Assembly: GCA_963703345.1 (NCBI GenBank) | Contig: OY969814.1 | Location: forward strand, 640,001 to 704,000 | DNA from: an uncultured Chloroflexia bacterium | GTDB lineage: Bacteria > Chloroflexota > Dehalococcoidia > DSTF01 > JALHUB01 | Length of the DNA: 64,000 nt | Direction of reading: 5' to 3' | Part shown: positions 19,661 through 31,100 of the stretch, piece after piece | How the letters are laid out: each line of letters opens with the position of its first letter | Numbering within the stretch: position 1 is the first letter of the stretch | Translations under genes and position numbers: made by a program | The notes under the pieces: generated by a model | Seen by the model: only the letters and a program-made list of their open reading frames with translations | What the model was told of the DNA's origin: nothing | The model's database searches: none

Positions 19661-20311
19661 ATGGCCGTCAAAACCAGAACCTGCTTACTTCTCGGAGTCG
19701 TTCTCGGCGCCGCCGCGTTGCTCGGTGTCGCCTGCGGAGGAGGCTCCAGCGGTGGCGACTCGTCGCAGAGCACCAGCACGCCCCTCACCACCTGCAAGCC
19801 GGCAAGCTCACCGGTCTTTGCTGCTCCCACCGGTGTCCCCACCGACAAACAGGTATACCAGTCCACGGACCTGGGCTACAGCATCATCTATCCCGCCGAC
19901 TGGCAGGCCAAGCCCAATCAGGCGACCTACCAGAACGTCTCCGGCGATACCTTCTTCTCGCCGGGCTTGCTCGGCGAAGTCCACCCCAACATCACCATCA
20001 CCTGCGAGACGATTCCCGTCGGCACCGACACCAACGTTTACGCCGACTCCCGACGCGCTCTCCTGCAGCAACTGCTCGGCTCGAGTCCTACCTCAGCAGC
20101 CAACGTGAAAGTCAACGGCAAAGACGCATTTTTCTGGCACTACAAACTAACCAGCAACAAAACCCCTCAGCCTGCCGTCATTGACAAGATAGAAGTCCTC
20201 TTCGCCGACGACCGCGGTGGTTGGGTGATCTCGCTTGTCGCCCCGGAAGGGCATCTCGGCGACTACAAGTCCGTCCTCGACGACGTCCTCGCCTCGTTCC
20301 ACGAGCAATGA
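19661..20311 (+). CDS. PsbP/DcrB-like lipoprotein
   Basis: Lipobox GVAC, GYSIIYPADW, C-terminal VLASF. Confidence 0.65.
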   Translation: MAVKTRTCLLLGVVLGAAALLGVACGGGSSGGDSSQSTSTPLTTCKPASSPVFAAPTGVPTDKQVYQSTDLGYSIIYPADWQAKPNQATYQNVSGDTFFSPGLLGEVHPNITITCETIPVGTDTNVYADSRRALLQQLLGSSPTSAANVKVNGKDAFFWHYKLTSNKTPQPAVIDKIEVLFADDRGGWVISLVAPEGHLGDYKSVLDDVLASFHEQ

Positions 20312-20634
20312 CGGCGACGGCTGCCTGATGGGATTCGCGCGGGTATAAGGGGGAGCGGCGCGAGCATCTCAGGCAGGCTGTTGGTTGACTGGTGACTGCT
20401 GTATAAGTGGATTGGATGCCTTTGCCCGCGCCGCTCGAATCACCTTCCGCTATAGTAGGGGTAGTAGTCGGCCGGCCCACCATGCCGAAAAGCAGACCGG
20501 TCGACAGAAGGCTGGTTGCTGTCGCGAAAGGTGAACAAGCAGAGCTTAGGCCTTGCGCCAGCCCTGTGGCATCGGGAATATCCCTCGATCGCCATCGGCG
20601 CAGCGCCTAAAGAAATCGCCCGGGCTTCGACCAA

Positions 20635-21534
20635 ATGAGTGCGCGCATCCTCGTCGGCACCTGCTCCTGGGCTGACAAGAGCCTTATCGACTGCAACTGC
20701 TTCTACCCGCCGGAAGCGAAAACGCCGGAAGCCCGCCTCCGCTACTACGCCTCCCGCTTCCCCATCGTCGAAGTCGATAGCACGTACTATGGCCTCCCGA
20801 CCGAAGCCAACGCCGGCCTGTGGGTCGAACGCACGCCGCCGGAGTTCGTCTTCGACATCAAGGCCTTCCGCCTCCTCACCAACCATCCGACGCCGCCTCA
20901 GGCGCTGACGAAGGAACTGCGCGAGAGCCTCGGCAGCCTCGCCCATGAGAAGCGAAACCTGTACTATCGGGATGTCCCGCCGCCACTGCGCGATGAAGTC
21001 TGGCGCCTCTTCGCCGACGCCCTCCTGCCTCTGGACAGTGCGGGCAAGCTGGGCGTCGTCCTCTTCCAGTTCCCGCCCTGGTTCCTGCCGGGTCGGGAAA
21101 GCGCCGACTACATCGTCGAAGCCAAGCAGCGCCTACCCCAGTACCGCGTCGCCGTCGAGTTCCGTAACGCTCGCTGGCTGTCCGAGACGAACCGAAAGCG
21201 CACCCTGGACCTCATGCGAAGCAATAGCATCTCCCTCGTTTCCGTCGACGAGCCGCAGGGCTTCGCCTCCAGTCTCCCGCCCGTCGCCGAAGCTACCGCC
21301 GCTGTCGCAATTGTCCGCTTCCACGGTCGCAACGCCGAAATGTGGGAGCGCAAAGGCGCGACCGTCTCCGACCGATTCGATTATCTCTATTCAGAAGATG
21401 AGTTGCGCGAATGGGTCTCGCCCGTCGAGCGGTTGGCCGCAGCGGCGCGGGAAGTCCACGTCCTCATGAACAACTGCGTCAGCGACAAGGCTATCGTGAA
21501 TGCAGCGCAAATGCGGACTTTGCTCCGAGCGTAA
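20635..21534 (+). CDS. DUF72 domain protein
   Basis: GTCSW, VEVDSTYY, LFQFPP, VEFRN and RFHGRN motifs. Confidence 0.92.
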   Translation: MSARILVGTCSWADKSLIDCNCFYPPEAKTPEARLRYYASRFPIVEVDSTYYGLPTEANAGLWVERTPPEFVFDIKAFRLLTNHPTPPQALTKELRESLGSLAHEKRNLYYRDVPPPLRDEVWRLFADALLPLDSAGKLGVVLFQFPPWFLPGRESADYIVEAKQRLPQYRVAVEFRNARWLSETNRKRTLDLMRSNSISLVSVDEPQGFASSLPPVAEATAAVAIVRFHGRNAEMWERKGATVSDRFDYLYSEDELREWVSPVERLAAAAREVHVLMNNCVSDKAIVNAAQMRTLLRA

Positions 21535-21553
21535 GCCGATCGAAGGTAGAGTG

Positions 21554-23002
21554 TTAGCTGCCGGGCGTGGGAGTGGCGCCCGAAGCGCCGCTGGCAGCAG
21601 TCGTGGCTTGCGGCGTGACCGTCGGCTGCGGCGTCAACGTGGGTGTCGCCGTCGGCGGCGGAGAAAGGACGATGCTGTTTACGATGTGGAATATGATGTC
21701 CGCATTCGCCGGGCTGAACGCCACAAGCTCATCTCTCGTCGCTTGCCAGAGGATCGGCCCGTCCGACCGCCTGACAACCGATTCCTGGAACACGCCGTTG
21801 ACGTCCTGGTCCCAGTAAGTGTCGCCATTCTGGGTGTTGACGACGACTATTGTTGAAAAGTCCGCGTTCGCCAGCCGCAGCAAGAACGGCGCCGACGCTA
21901 TCCCGTACGGATCGACCTCCAGCCCCAGCATCTTCCAGCCACTGCTTTGCGCCGGGACCTGCAGCGAAAGCCGCCCGATCACGACCAGGTTCCATGTCAC
22001 GCCGGCCGCATTCTCGTTCTCCACGGGTGCGACTATCAGGGCGCCGGGAATCGGCGTTATCTCTGGCACTACGGGCCTGGGCGTTGCCGTGTCACCTGGA
22101 GGTGCGCTCGTCGGCGTGCCTGCCATCGGCGTAGACGTCGGCGTGCCTGCCGTTGCTTCCGTCGGTTCTGGCGAAGGCAGAGCGGGTAGCGGCTCGTGCG
22201 CCACCACGATCGATGCCGCTGCGACGTACGCCTTCGTTGACGTCGTCTTCGCTTCCTGCAGCTCGTCCGTGGCCTTTGGATCGACGAGCGGCGCCACGTT
22301 TTGAAGGACCTGTTGCTGCTCCAGCGCCAGCGCGGAAACCTTCTCGGCGTCCTTGAGGTTGAGGTTGGCCGTCACTAAGGAGTTCGTCTGGCTCGCGAGG
22401 TCATCGAGCGGCCCCTCGCCGACGTGTCCTTGCTGCTCCGCCAGCTTCTGTACCTCATCCAGCCGCTTCTGTGTGAATTCAATGTCGAGCTGCCGGCGCC
22501 CGCCGTCGTCGAAAGTCAAATTGTAGCGAATGTCTTCCATCGTGCGCTTGACCGGATAGCGCCAATCACCCGGCAGAGTGTCGGCAGACGTTGTGACCGC
22601 GAAGCTACCCAGGCCCAGGAAGGCCAGCAGCAAAGCGGCGGCCGCGCTCGCGGCAAACCGGAATGCCGGCTGCCATCGCGACTGACGCTGGCTCGAAAGC
22701 ACTTCCTGCGCCGCCGTCAGGAACCGCCGGCGCGCTGCCATCACGAACGACCGCCGTGGCTCGACGGCTAGCTCTCGCCTCAAGCGGGGCTCGGTCATTC
22801 TCAGGAAGCGCTCTCGCGCTTTCGCCGCGAACTCCGGTCGCGGCGCTGCGTCAAACGCCTCGCCGAGCACAACAGCCGTTCTCAGCAGCGGTTCCAGGCG
22901 CGCCGCGTCCTCAGGGTAGAGCGAAAGACACTCCTCCAGCGACTTTCCGCTGGAAAGCGCTTGCAGGCACTCGCTCAACCGCTGTTCGAATTGATTGCTC
23001 AA
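21554..23002 (-). CDS. Putative anti-sigma factor (DUF5667-like membrane protein)
   Basis: LSECL..L..G.SLEECL..YP N-terminus, TM helix and LPGDWRYPVKR. Overlaps the ECF sigma gene. Confidence 0.75.
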   Translation of the reverse strand: MSNQFEQRLSECLQALSSGKSLEECLSLYPEDAARLEPLLRTAVVLGEAFDAAPRPEFAAKARERFLRMTEPRLRRELAVEPRRSFVMAARRRFLTAAQEVLSSQRQSRWQPAFRFAASAAAALLLAFLGLGSFAVTTSADTLPGDWRYPVKRTMEDIRYNLTFDDGGRRQLDIEFTQKRLDEVQKLAEQQGHVGEGPLDDLASQTNSLVTANLNLKDAEKVSALALEQQQVLQNVAPLVDPKATDELQEAKTTSTKAYVAAASIVVAHEPLPALPSPEPTEATAGTPTSTPMAGTPTSAPPGDTATPRPVVPEITPIPGALIVAPVENENAAGVTWNLVVIGRLSLQVPAQSSGWKMLGLEVDPYGIASAPFLLRLANADFSTIVVVNTQNGDTYWDQDVNGVFQESVVRRSDGPILWQATRDELVAFSPANADIIFHIVNSIVLSPPPTATPTLTPQPTVTPQATTAASGASGATPTPGS

Positions 23003-23640
23003 ATCTGCCCCTCAGCCGTTATTGGCTTCGTCTCCGTCCGCAGCATCTTCTGCAGCTTCAAGACCGCCTTGTGTTGCAGCGTCTTCACATTTCCCTGGCG
23101 CTTGCCCAGGACCTGGGCCGTCTCCGCTATCGATAGTCCGCCGGCAAAACGGAGAGCGATTACGTCCCGCTGCGCCTCCGGCAAGTTCTGCACCGCCTCA
23201 GCCACTTCGCCGATCATCATCTGCGTCTCGACGATTGCCGCCGGGTCTTGCCTGCTATCCGCCATCCGCTCGTCAAGTACCTCCTGACCCTTCCTGACGC
23301 CGTTCTTGCGATAATGGCTGATCAGGTGGTTCCGGGCGATGCGAAAGAGCCAGGCTGAGAAAGGAACGCCTGTCTTCTTATAGTCGCCAATCGCTCCCAG
23401 CATTCGCAGGAAAACATCCTCCGTCAGGTCCTCGGCCTCCGTCACATTCCCAACGCGGGAAAGGACGTATCGGTAGACGCGGGGCAGGTACCAGTCGTAG
23501 ACTGCTCCCAGCGCCTGGGGCTCGCCCGCCTTGGCCCGTTCAATCGTTCCCTCCTCGATTTCCTGAGGAAGGGGAGCGGCAGCGGCCTCCAACTCCAAGC
23601 CTCGGACTCCTATCTTGTAAGAATCGTTGACTAATAACAT
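22999..23640 (-). CDS. ECF RNA polymerase sigma factor
   Basis: AEDLTEDVF, FSAWLFRIARN and a region 4 HTH. Exact start uncertain. Confidence 0.92.
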   Translation of the reverse strand: MLLVNDSYKIGVRGLELEAAAAPLPQEIEEGTIERAKAGEPQALGAVYDWYLPRVYRYVLSRVGNVTEAEDLTEDVFLRMLGAIGDYKKTGVPFSAWLFRIARNHLISHYRKNGVRKGQEVLDERMADSRQDPAAIVETQMMIGEVAEAVQNLPEAQRDVIALRFAGGLSIAETAQVLGKRQGNVKTLQHKAVLKLQKMLRTETKPITAEGQI

Positions 23641-23699
23641 AACATAGTCGTCCGAACGCGTCCATTAGAGTCGAGGGCCGAGCTTCCCACGAAGATCAA

Positions 23700-23724
23700 A
23701 ACGCTTGGGGCGGGGAAAAGTTAA
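23700..23724 (-). promoter_or_regulatory. Putative ECF autoregulatory promoter
   Basis: Minus strand TTAACT-N14-GCGTT. The same pattern occurs at 42420, 43963 and 47151. Confidence 0.6.
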
Positions 23725-23813
23725 CGGCGACAGGGCACGTAGATCAACGAGCCCCTCGCGCCAGTCTGAAGAAACTGGTATGAGGGTGCGTCTGCTCGAC
23801 CATCCAGCCTCTG

Positions 23814-24278
23814 CTAGCCCAGCTCGACCACAGCGAACACCAGGGGCGTGAACTGACTGCTCGCTCGAAGGTAACAGGTGACGCCGTTTGCGCGCCACTG
23901 GGGCCTGAAAACGTGGCTTCCCGCCGCCACTTGCGCCAGCCAGACAATCTGGAGGTCCTGGAGATAGTAGGGCTGAGTATACTGCACACCGTAGTCGTTG
24001 CCCTGGCGCACCCCGTCAATCGTGAAGTCGAAGCACTCGTACTGAACGCCGATTGTGTAGCCGGAACCGAAGAGCAACAGCATCACCCAGCTAGCGCCGG
24101 TAGTCATGTTGATGACAAGGTTGTTGCTGTCAATGTCGACGAAAGACGCGCTCGTCGTCTGATAATCGCTGGCCAGCCGCACGACCCGTGCGACCTGCAA
24201 CCCGCCGCCACCGGTGCCGCCGCCTTCGACAGCGCCGCCCGCTTCGACCAGTTCGCCGAACATTCGCAGTCTTCCCAT
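23814..24278 (-). CDS. Hypothetical protein resembling phage virion/tail beta-domains
   Basis: Gly-rich linker then YQTTSASFVDI...FTIDG...AAGSHVFRPQWR. No signal peptide. Confidence 0.55.
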   Translation of the reverse strand: MGRLRMFGELVEAGGAVEGGGTGGGGLQVARVVRLASDYQTTSASFVDIDSNNLVINMTTGASWVMLLLFGSGYTIGVQYECFDFTIDGVRQGNDYGVQYTQPYYLQDLQIVWLAQVAAGSHVFRPQWRANGVTCYLRASSQFTPLVFAVVELG

Positions 24279-24339
24279 CGACCTCTCCTCGCCATCGTTC
24301 GCCAGAAAACTACCGGAAGTTGCGCATGGAAGCCGAAAT

Positions 24340-24367
24340 AGAATAGCACAAACGTGCTTCGCGTCAA
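24340..24367 (-). promoter_or_regulatory. Promoter with SOS-box-like palindrome, twin of 6865-6893
   Basis: TTGACG-N16-TATTCT with AGCAC-AAAC-GTGCT at 24345-24358. Confidence 0.65.
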
Positions 24368-24523
24368 GGACGACGCGTCACCGGGAACAAGCGTCTCTCA
24401 GTGGAAAGAACGGAAGACTCGTCAACAAAGTAGCCGTGTTCTCTTGCCGGAGTGCTTGACTGAGGCCGACCAACGTCCTATTCTGCAGCTACCCTCAAAT
24501 ATACATAATATTGGAGGCAGAGA

Positions 24524-25612
24524 ATGAGGATCCGGAAACCCCTGTGTTGTCTTGGCCTGGGCGCGCTTGCTCTCGCCGCCACCGCCCTCGTGGTCACGAC
24601 CCTGTTATGCCAGGACCTGGCAAGACCGGCGCAGGCACAGGCTGAAGCCTCAGTCCGACTGGACATGAACCCGAACAACGGTAGTGGCCCCTGCAATCCC
24701 ATCGACGACTCCGTGGATGTTAGCCAGGGTTCTGAATACACTGTCGCGATCTGCCTCACTGGGTCCGATACCCCTCCTAACTCATTCGAGGCCCATATCA
24801 ATCACGATGATTCTATTGGCCAGTGTGTTCCTGTCGATTGCCCCGACAACCAATGCCTCGACGGTAACCCGGACGCCAATGCCGGCAATACTACTTTCAG
24901 CACACCCAGTCTGGGGAACGGCTGGGATTGCTTTGTGGCGGATATCTCGCCTCCTAGCTGTAAGGATGTCGCCGGCCAGATCTCCATCGCCTGCATAAAC
25001 CCCAACGAACCAGGAACTTTGCCGGTAGGTCAGGGCGTATCATCCCCTGTGGCCGTTATCCATTTCAAAGCCGCTTCCCAGGGCACGGACAGCTTGTCGA
25101 TCTTCAGCGCAACGGCCGCTGCCCACGATCTGTCGACCATATTTGTATGCGATGAAGAAGGTGGTTCTTGCCGGGGCGGCACAGTAGTCGTCGGTCCCCC
25201 TGCTCCCGAATCGCCCACGCCTGTAGAGACGGCCGTAGAAACGCCCGCCCCGGGCATAACGCCGCCCACGGTCGGTCCGGTCGATTCCACGGCTACCGCC
25301 GCTGCCGCCGCGCCCGCGGCTACCGCTGCCGCCGCCGCTGCGGCAACCGCTGTCGCGCAAGGAACGCCCATGGCTGCCATCAACCAGGCGGCTACAGCCA
25401 CCTCAGCCGCTGCCGCTACCAAGGCGGCGATTGCGACCAAGGCGACCGTTGTTGCCACGTCTACCCCCAAACAATCGGCCGGTCAGCAGAAGAGCGGTGG
25501 CTCTTCCGGGCCGAACGGCGGACTGATCGCGGGCATCGTCGTCGCGGTCCTCGTAGTCGGCGGCGGCGCGGGCTGGTTTACCTTCCGGAAGCTACGGTCT
25601 CGCGGGAGATAG
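24524..25612 (+). CDS. Membrane-anchored protein with Cys-rich cohesin-like domain (type B)
   Basis: Signal peptide, [23 protein letters not shown] domain, A/T linker, C-terminal TM and basic tail. Confidence 0.75.
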   Translation: MRIRKPLCCLGLGALALAATALVVTTLLCQDLARPAQAQAEASVRLDMNPNNGSGPCNPIDDSVDVSQGSEYTVAICLTGSDTPPNSFEAHINHDDSIGQCVPVDCPDNQCLDGNPDANAGNTTFSTPSLGNGWDCFVADISPPSCKDVAGQISIACINPNEPGTLPVGQGVSSPVAVIHFKAASQGTDSLSIFSATAAAHDLSTIFVCDEEGGSCRGGTVVVGPPAPESPTPVETAVETPAPGITPPTVGPVDSTATAAAAAPAATAAAAAAATAVAQGTPMAAINQAATATSAAAATKAAIATKATVVATSTPKQSAGQQKSGGSSGPNGGLIAGIVVAVLVVGGGAGWFTFRKLRSRGR

Positions 25613-25635
25613 CCATACTCTCGACGAATTCTGGG

Positions 25636-25664
25636 AGAGCCCTCGTCTATCGGCAGAGGGCTCT
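25636..25664. terminator. Hairpin between convergent genes
   Basis: AGAGCCCTC...GAGGGCTCT inverted repeat. Confidence 0.55.
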
Positions 25665-25802
25665 TCTGCTGCCCGGCCGCAGTCTGACCTCGTCGCCGGA
25701 TGCAGCGCAACGGGGCTATGCCCGGCGCGATCGTGGCAGAGGACATGAAGAAGCGGCGCCCGGGAATCCCGAACGCCGCTGTAAGAATCGAAAGCGAAGT
25801 CG

Positions 25803-26471
25803 TCAGGAGCGACGACGCTTCACGACGACTGCCCCACCACCGCCAATCGCGCCTACGACCACCACCGCTCCGATGGCGAAGATGATGAGCTTGGGAAAGC
25901 CGCTGCCGGTGCCTAAGACATGAAGGGAGGCGTTCTCCAAGGAAGCTGTCTCTTCCAGAGGCATGCCGGCTTGATCTATCTCAGCGCTAACGAGTTTCAC
26001 GTCTGAGAGATCAAGAGCAGAATCGCCCCCACCGCTGGGAGAAAACCTCACGACCGCCAGCTTTCCTGATCCATCCGGTCCGGCCTTGCCGCCCATCGAA
26101 ACGGGCGGGCTCATGGTGACGCAGATCAACTGAACAAGGCCATTGTTGCCGCTCTTCGTCGGGCAGGTTACCTGCCGCCCGCTGCTGCCGAGGAATGGAT
26201 CTTCCTGGACGTCCACAAACTTCAAGACCGAACCGTTGTATTGCAGGCTGAACTGAAAGCCGGCCAGATTGTGGACGTCCGAGGCGAGGATGTTCACCTC
26301 AATGTCCGGCCCCCCCTCCTTGATCGGCTGATCTGAAGAAGGCGCCTGTACCGTTAGCTTGGCAGCGTTCCCCTGGGCCCGCGCACTCCCCGCGAAACCG
26401 GCAAACCCTAGTGCCAGCCCCAGCATTCCTATCATCGTATAGCGGCAAATGCGCGCGTGCTTACTTCTCAT
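25803..26471 (-). CDS. Single cohesin-domain membrane anchor protein
   Basis: [19 protein letters not shown] and GSGKLAVVRF motifs. C-terminal TM followed by KRRRS. Confidence 0.8.
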   Translation of the reverse strand: MRSKHARICRYTMIGMLGLALGFAGFAGSARAQGNAAKLTVQAPSSDQPIKEGGPDIEVNILASDVHNLAGFQFSLQYNGSVLKFVDVQEDPFLGSSGRQVTCPTKSGNNGLVQLICVTMSPPVSMGGKAGPDGSGKLAVVRFSPSGGGDSALDLSDVKLVSAEIDQAGMPLEETASLENASLHVLGTGSGFPKLIIFAIGAVVVVGAIGGGGAVVVKRRRS

Positions 26472-26589
26472 CGCTCCAGGTCACCTCTTTCGCTGCCGAC
26501 TCTGCTGGTCGGAACCTCCGCTGCAGGATAACGCAGCATTCCTTATATATATAATATCGGTTCAGCCCCGATCGCTTTCAAGACCGACT

Positions 26590-28161
26590 TCAATGCCGAG
26601 ACCGCCACGGGCCTCGCGCTCTTGATCTTAACCCTTCCAGCACGTCTCTGGCGAGCCCCCGCGTTGATCCTGGTCCGGCGATCCCCACCCAGCCCGCTGT
26701 CGCGAGCAGCGCCGCCAGCAGCAACACGAACATCCCGCCCGAACCGCCGCCCGAACTCCCACCGCTGCCGCTTCCCGGTAAGGCCGTCGCAGCCCGGGTG
26801 ATCTCCGCCGGCAAGACGCTGGTCTTGGTCGGAGCGCGTTCCATCGGCGATATGTGGCTTTGCGGCGTTGGCGTAGCGGTCAGCGCTACCGGCGAAGGTG
26901 TCGCGCTTCCGAGGGGCGTTCGCGTCTTCGTCGGGACCGGTGAGGCCTTCGGCGTCGACGTCCGCGAGGGCGTAATCACCGCTGTCGCCGTCGCCGTGGC
27001 CGTTGGACTCCCTGTCGCGGTGGCCGTTGGACTTGCTGTCGCGGTGGCCGTTGGACTTGCTGTCGCGGTGGCCGTTGGACTTGCTGTCGCGGTGGCCGTA
27101 GCTGTCGCCGTCGGTGCCATAGGAGTAGAGGTCGCCGCTGTTGCCGTGGGGCTAGCCGTTGACGTAACGGTCGGCGTGACCGGCGTAGACGTGGGCGTTT
27201 GCGTTGCCGGAAGTGGCGTGGGCGTCACGGTAGGCGTGTTCGTCGGGAGCGGTGTAAAAGTGGGCGTTGAAGTCAGTTCGGGTGGAGGCTGGGAGCCGTG
27301 ACAAGTGGTGTAGTCCCGCCCGTAAACGAACTGCAGATCCTTGATGTCGATGTCATAGTCGCCGGTCGGCGGCTCCAGATCGAACCACATGTCGTAGGGC
27401 CACAGGCCCAGGACCGAGCCATAGCGCCCGGACTCTGCTTGCTCATCTATTACGTTGACCCGGCAATCCTTGTTTACGTCGCCTTCCAGAGCCCGAACCA
27501 GAATAGTCGCCCCGCTGACCTGAGCGAGAGGAATGGGATTACCTAGCTCGCCGGTCAGATTCGTGCTGCTGCCGTCCTGGAAAAGATATGTCCATATCCC
27601 GTTCCCCAGCGTTGGCCGAATAATAACCTCGGGCGTGAGCGTCACGTAGGCGAGCACGCCCGACCCCGTGGGCCCCGGCTGGCTGCCCGTGGATGTGCAG
27701 GCCATACGCAGGAAGTTCTCCGTTTGGATTTGCTGGCACTGCGTCTGACGCCCAGTGCTGCTCAAGAACGGGCCTTCAGTTGCGCTTACGCTAACGATAT
27801 TCCTGTCGAAATAGACGGTGAAGTCAAAGCCGCCGACACGTGTGCCTGCGGGCACGTTCGCGACCTCCTCGGTCACGACTAACTTCCCTTCACCATTGTA
27901 CGTGCAATCTCCCGGTCCTCCACTGCAGATCCACAGATTCGGGCTGCTCGGATGAATCGACAGAACGATGGGGTTCGCAGCGGTAGCGACAGGAGGAGTC
28001 TGGATCCGAGCAGCAAAGATGAGCCATAGGCCGAACACGCCGATCAGCAGCAGAGGGAACGCGAGCGGCAATCGCGTCCATCGCCGTCGTTTTGCAGCGA
28101 CGCCGCTGACATTGGTGTCACAGCCGCTCGGCAGTTGTCTGAAGCCCGTCTTCAGGCGCAT
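26590..28161 (-). CDS. Cohesin + dockerin-like + Pro/Thr linker protein with LPGSGSG putative sorting signal
   Basis: GPFLSSTGR cohesin, [13 protein letters not shown]...[16 protein letters not shown] repeats, then TM. Confidence 0.8.
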   Translation of the reverse strand: MRLKTGFRQLPSGCDTNVSGVAAKRRRWTRLPLAFPLLLIGVFGLWLIFAARIQTPPVATAANPIVLSIHPSSPNLWICSGGPGDCTYNGEGKLVVTEEVANVPAGTRVGGFDFTVYFDRNIVSVSATEGPFLSSTGRQTQCQQIQTENFLRMACTSTGSQPGPTGSGVLAYVTLTPEVIIRPTLGNGIWTYLFQDGSSTNLTGELGNPIPLAQVSGATILVRALEGDVNKDCRVNVIDEQAESGRYGSVLGLWPYDMWFDLEPPTGDYDIDIKDLQFVYGRDYTTCHGSQPPPELTSTPTFTPLPTNTPTVTPTPLPATQTPTSTPVTPTVTSTASPTATAATSTPMAPTATATATATASPTATATASPTATATASPTATATGSPTATATATAVITPSRTSTPKASPVPTKTRTPLGSATPSPVALTATPTPQSHISPMERAPTKTSVLPAEITRAATALPGSGSGGSSGGGSGGMFVLLLAALLATAGWVGIAGPGSTRGLARDVLEGLRSRARGPWRSRH

Positions 28162-31100
28162 AATCGCGTCCTTCGCAAAAGCGATCTCACCCGTCGCAGC
28201 ACGCGTCGGCCTCGGACTACGTCCCTCAGCCGTTTCCGACCCTTCACACGCACACCCGCCGGACCGACGAAGAGTCCGACCATTCCTGTCAGCAGCACGG
28301 CATTAGCCGCGTAGCGCGGCGCGGCGTCCGACAGCGAGGCAGCCGCTTCGGGAGCAGACACATAAACCGCTCCGCCCGCTGTCCCCGCGTTGATCGCCTT
28401 GCCGAAAGGATCGACCAGCGCTGACGCTGAGAAGTCGAGGGAGCTTGTGCCCACCCCCGAGGCCTGAAAAGTGATTTCCGCCAGCAGGCCCGTGCCACTG
28501 GCTCCGGGCGCGCCGCCGCTGCTCAAGCAACCGAAGCGGACCTGCCCGACGTCAACCGTTGGAGCTGGGCAGAACACGGGACGCCCCGTGCTTCCAAGGA
28601 AAGTACCATTGCTGATTCCCGAAAGCACCAGGACGTTCGGATCGAACTGAAGCGTAAACTCATATGCTCCAACGTTTGCAACCCCGTTTGCCACCACGTC
28701 CACCGTGAAATAGTCGCCCACCGTTACGTTCTGCGCCGCCGGATCGATCAGAACGGCTCCCGGGCCCAGCGCTTGCGGTGCGAGGACCAGCCCAAGAAGA
28801 GGGTCTTGGGAATTCTGGGTCTGGGCCGAGCCGGACCCCAACGCCGCGTTGTAGAACGTGGCGATCTGCCCGCGCCAGGCACCGGATGTGCCGACGGTCG
28901 CAGCTGTGGAGTATGTTCCTGTCGAGGTCACCCGGCGGTCCGCGCCGGCATAGGTGAGAACGGAGGTGGTCCCGGCCTGGAAGTCGGCCTCTTCAGTGAA
29001 CGAATTGGTCCAGCTACCAAAGCTGGTGGCGGCGCGGATGTCCATTCCCACAACCAGCAACTCATTTGCATGCGTGGTGGTGACGCTCCCCGAGGACGGG
29101 GTTGTGCCAGTGCCGTTCGCCGAGCTCGTCCGATCGAGCGTGTCCACACCCCTGTACTCGTAGATCTGCAGTCCAACGACCGAGCTGCTGTTCGCCAGAG
29201 TCACCGTCACCGTTCTGGACTCGCCGCTGCCGGCTATCTTGTAGAAGATGGCCTGGCACGGCACAGTGCAACTGCCCCCGCTTTGGTTGATGGCGGTTGA
29301 CCAGCCGCTTGGCTGATTGATGGTGCTGGTCGTGCTGGCACCCACGATGGCGACCAGCAGGTTGCCGGCGACTGGCGTGTTGGTGAAAGTGGCTGAGACC
29401 GTGTTCGTATGGTTTCCGCTGCCAGTGGCCTTCTGGACAAGCGTTGCAGTCGGCGTAGGCGTGAACGTGCTGGTCGGCGTTGGCGTAGGCGTCCAGGTGT
29501 TTGTCGCCGTCGGCGTCCACGTGTTGGTCGCAGTCGGCGTGTTGGTGTTCGTTGGCGTCGGCGGTATCGGCGTGTTGGTGGGCGTTGGCGTAGGCGTCCA
29601 GGTGTTTGTCGCCGTCGGCGTCCACGTGTTGGTCGCAGTCGGCGTGTTGGTGTTCGTTGGCGTCGGCGGGACCGGCGTGTTCGTCGGTGTGTCCGTCGGC
29701 GACGGCGTGTAAGTGGGGGTCTCCGTCGGAGTGCCCGTAGCCGTCGGGGTCTCCGTCGGCGTTTCCGTGGGCGTATCCGTAGCCGTTGGGGTCTCGGTCG
29801 GAGTCTCTGTCGGCGTCTCTGTAGCCGTGGGAGTCTCCGTCGGGGTGTCCGTCGGCGACGGCGTGTAAGTGGGGGTCTCCGTTGGAGTATCCGTAGCCGT
29901 CGGGGTCTCCGTCGGCGTTTCCGTGGGCGTATCCGTAGCCGTTGGGGTCTCGGTCGGAGTCTCCGTGGGCACCGGTGTGGCCGTCGGGGTGTCCGTCGGC
30001 GTCTCTGTAGGAGTCTCTGTCGGCGTCTCTGTAGCCGTGGGAGTCTCCGTCGGGGTGTCCGTCGGCGACGGCGTGTAAGTGGGAGTCTCCGTTGGAGTAT
30101 CCGTAGCCGTCGGGGTCTCGGTCGGAGTCTCGGTAGGCGTGTCCGTGACCGTCGGCGTCTCAGTTGGCGTCTCTGTAGGAGTCTCTGTGGGCACCGGCGT
30201 GGCCGTCGGGGTGTCCGTCGGCGTCGGCGTGTAAGTGGGAGTCTCCGTTGGAGTATCCGTAGCCGTTGGGGTCTCGGTCGGAGTCTCCGTCGGCGTTTCG
30301 GTGGGCACCGGCGTCGCGGTGGGCGTGTCCGTAGGTGTCTCCGGCGGCGTCTCCGTCGGCGTCTCAGTGGGCGTATCTGTCGCCGTAGGGGTGTCCGTCG
30401 GCGTCTCAGTGGGCGTATCTGTCGCCGTAGGGGTGTCCGTCGGCGTCTCAGTGGGCGTATCTGTCGCTGTGGGCGTGTCCGTCGGCGTTTCGGTGGGCAC
30501 CGGCGTCGCAGTGGGCGTGTCCGTAGGTGTCTCAGTCGGCGTATCTGTCGCTGTGGGCGTGTCCGTCGGTGTTTCGGTGGGCACCGGCGTCGCAGTGGGC
30601 GTGTCCGTAGGTGTCTCAGTCGGCGTATCTGTCGCTGTGGGCGTGTCCGTCGGCGTCTCAGTTGGCGTGTCTGTGACCGTGGGCGTGTCCGTCGGCGTCT
30701 CTGTCGGCGTATCTGTCGGCGTCGGCGTATCGGTTGGCGTGGCAGTCGGCGTACGGGTCGATGTCGCCGTTGGCGTGGGCGTATCGATCGGCTTGACGAA
30801 TACCGTTCCGCTCCCGACCGCGGCGTTGACCGCCCTGCCCAAAGGATCGGCCAGCGCGAACGCTGAGAAACCAAGAGAGGTTGTTCCCGCGCCGGACGCC
30901 TGGAAAGTGATTTCCGCCAGCAAGCCTGTGCCACTGGCACCCGGCGCAGTGCCGCTGCTTACGCAACCGAAGCGGATGTTTCTATCGGTAACCGTTGGAG
31001 CCGGGCAGAAAACAGGACGTCCTGTGCTTCCAAGGAAAGTACCATTGCTTATACCCGAAATCACCAGGACGCCAGGGTCGAATTCAAGCGTAAACTCATA

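Noticed and set aside
20482-20610. 42-aa ORF MPKSRPVDRR... upstream of DUF72
   Set aside because: No clear RBS or recognisable motif, so it cannot be supported.
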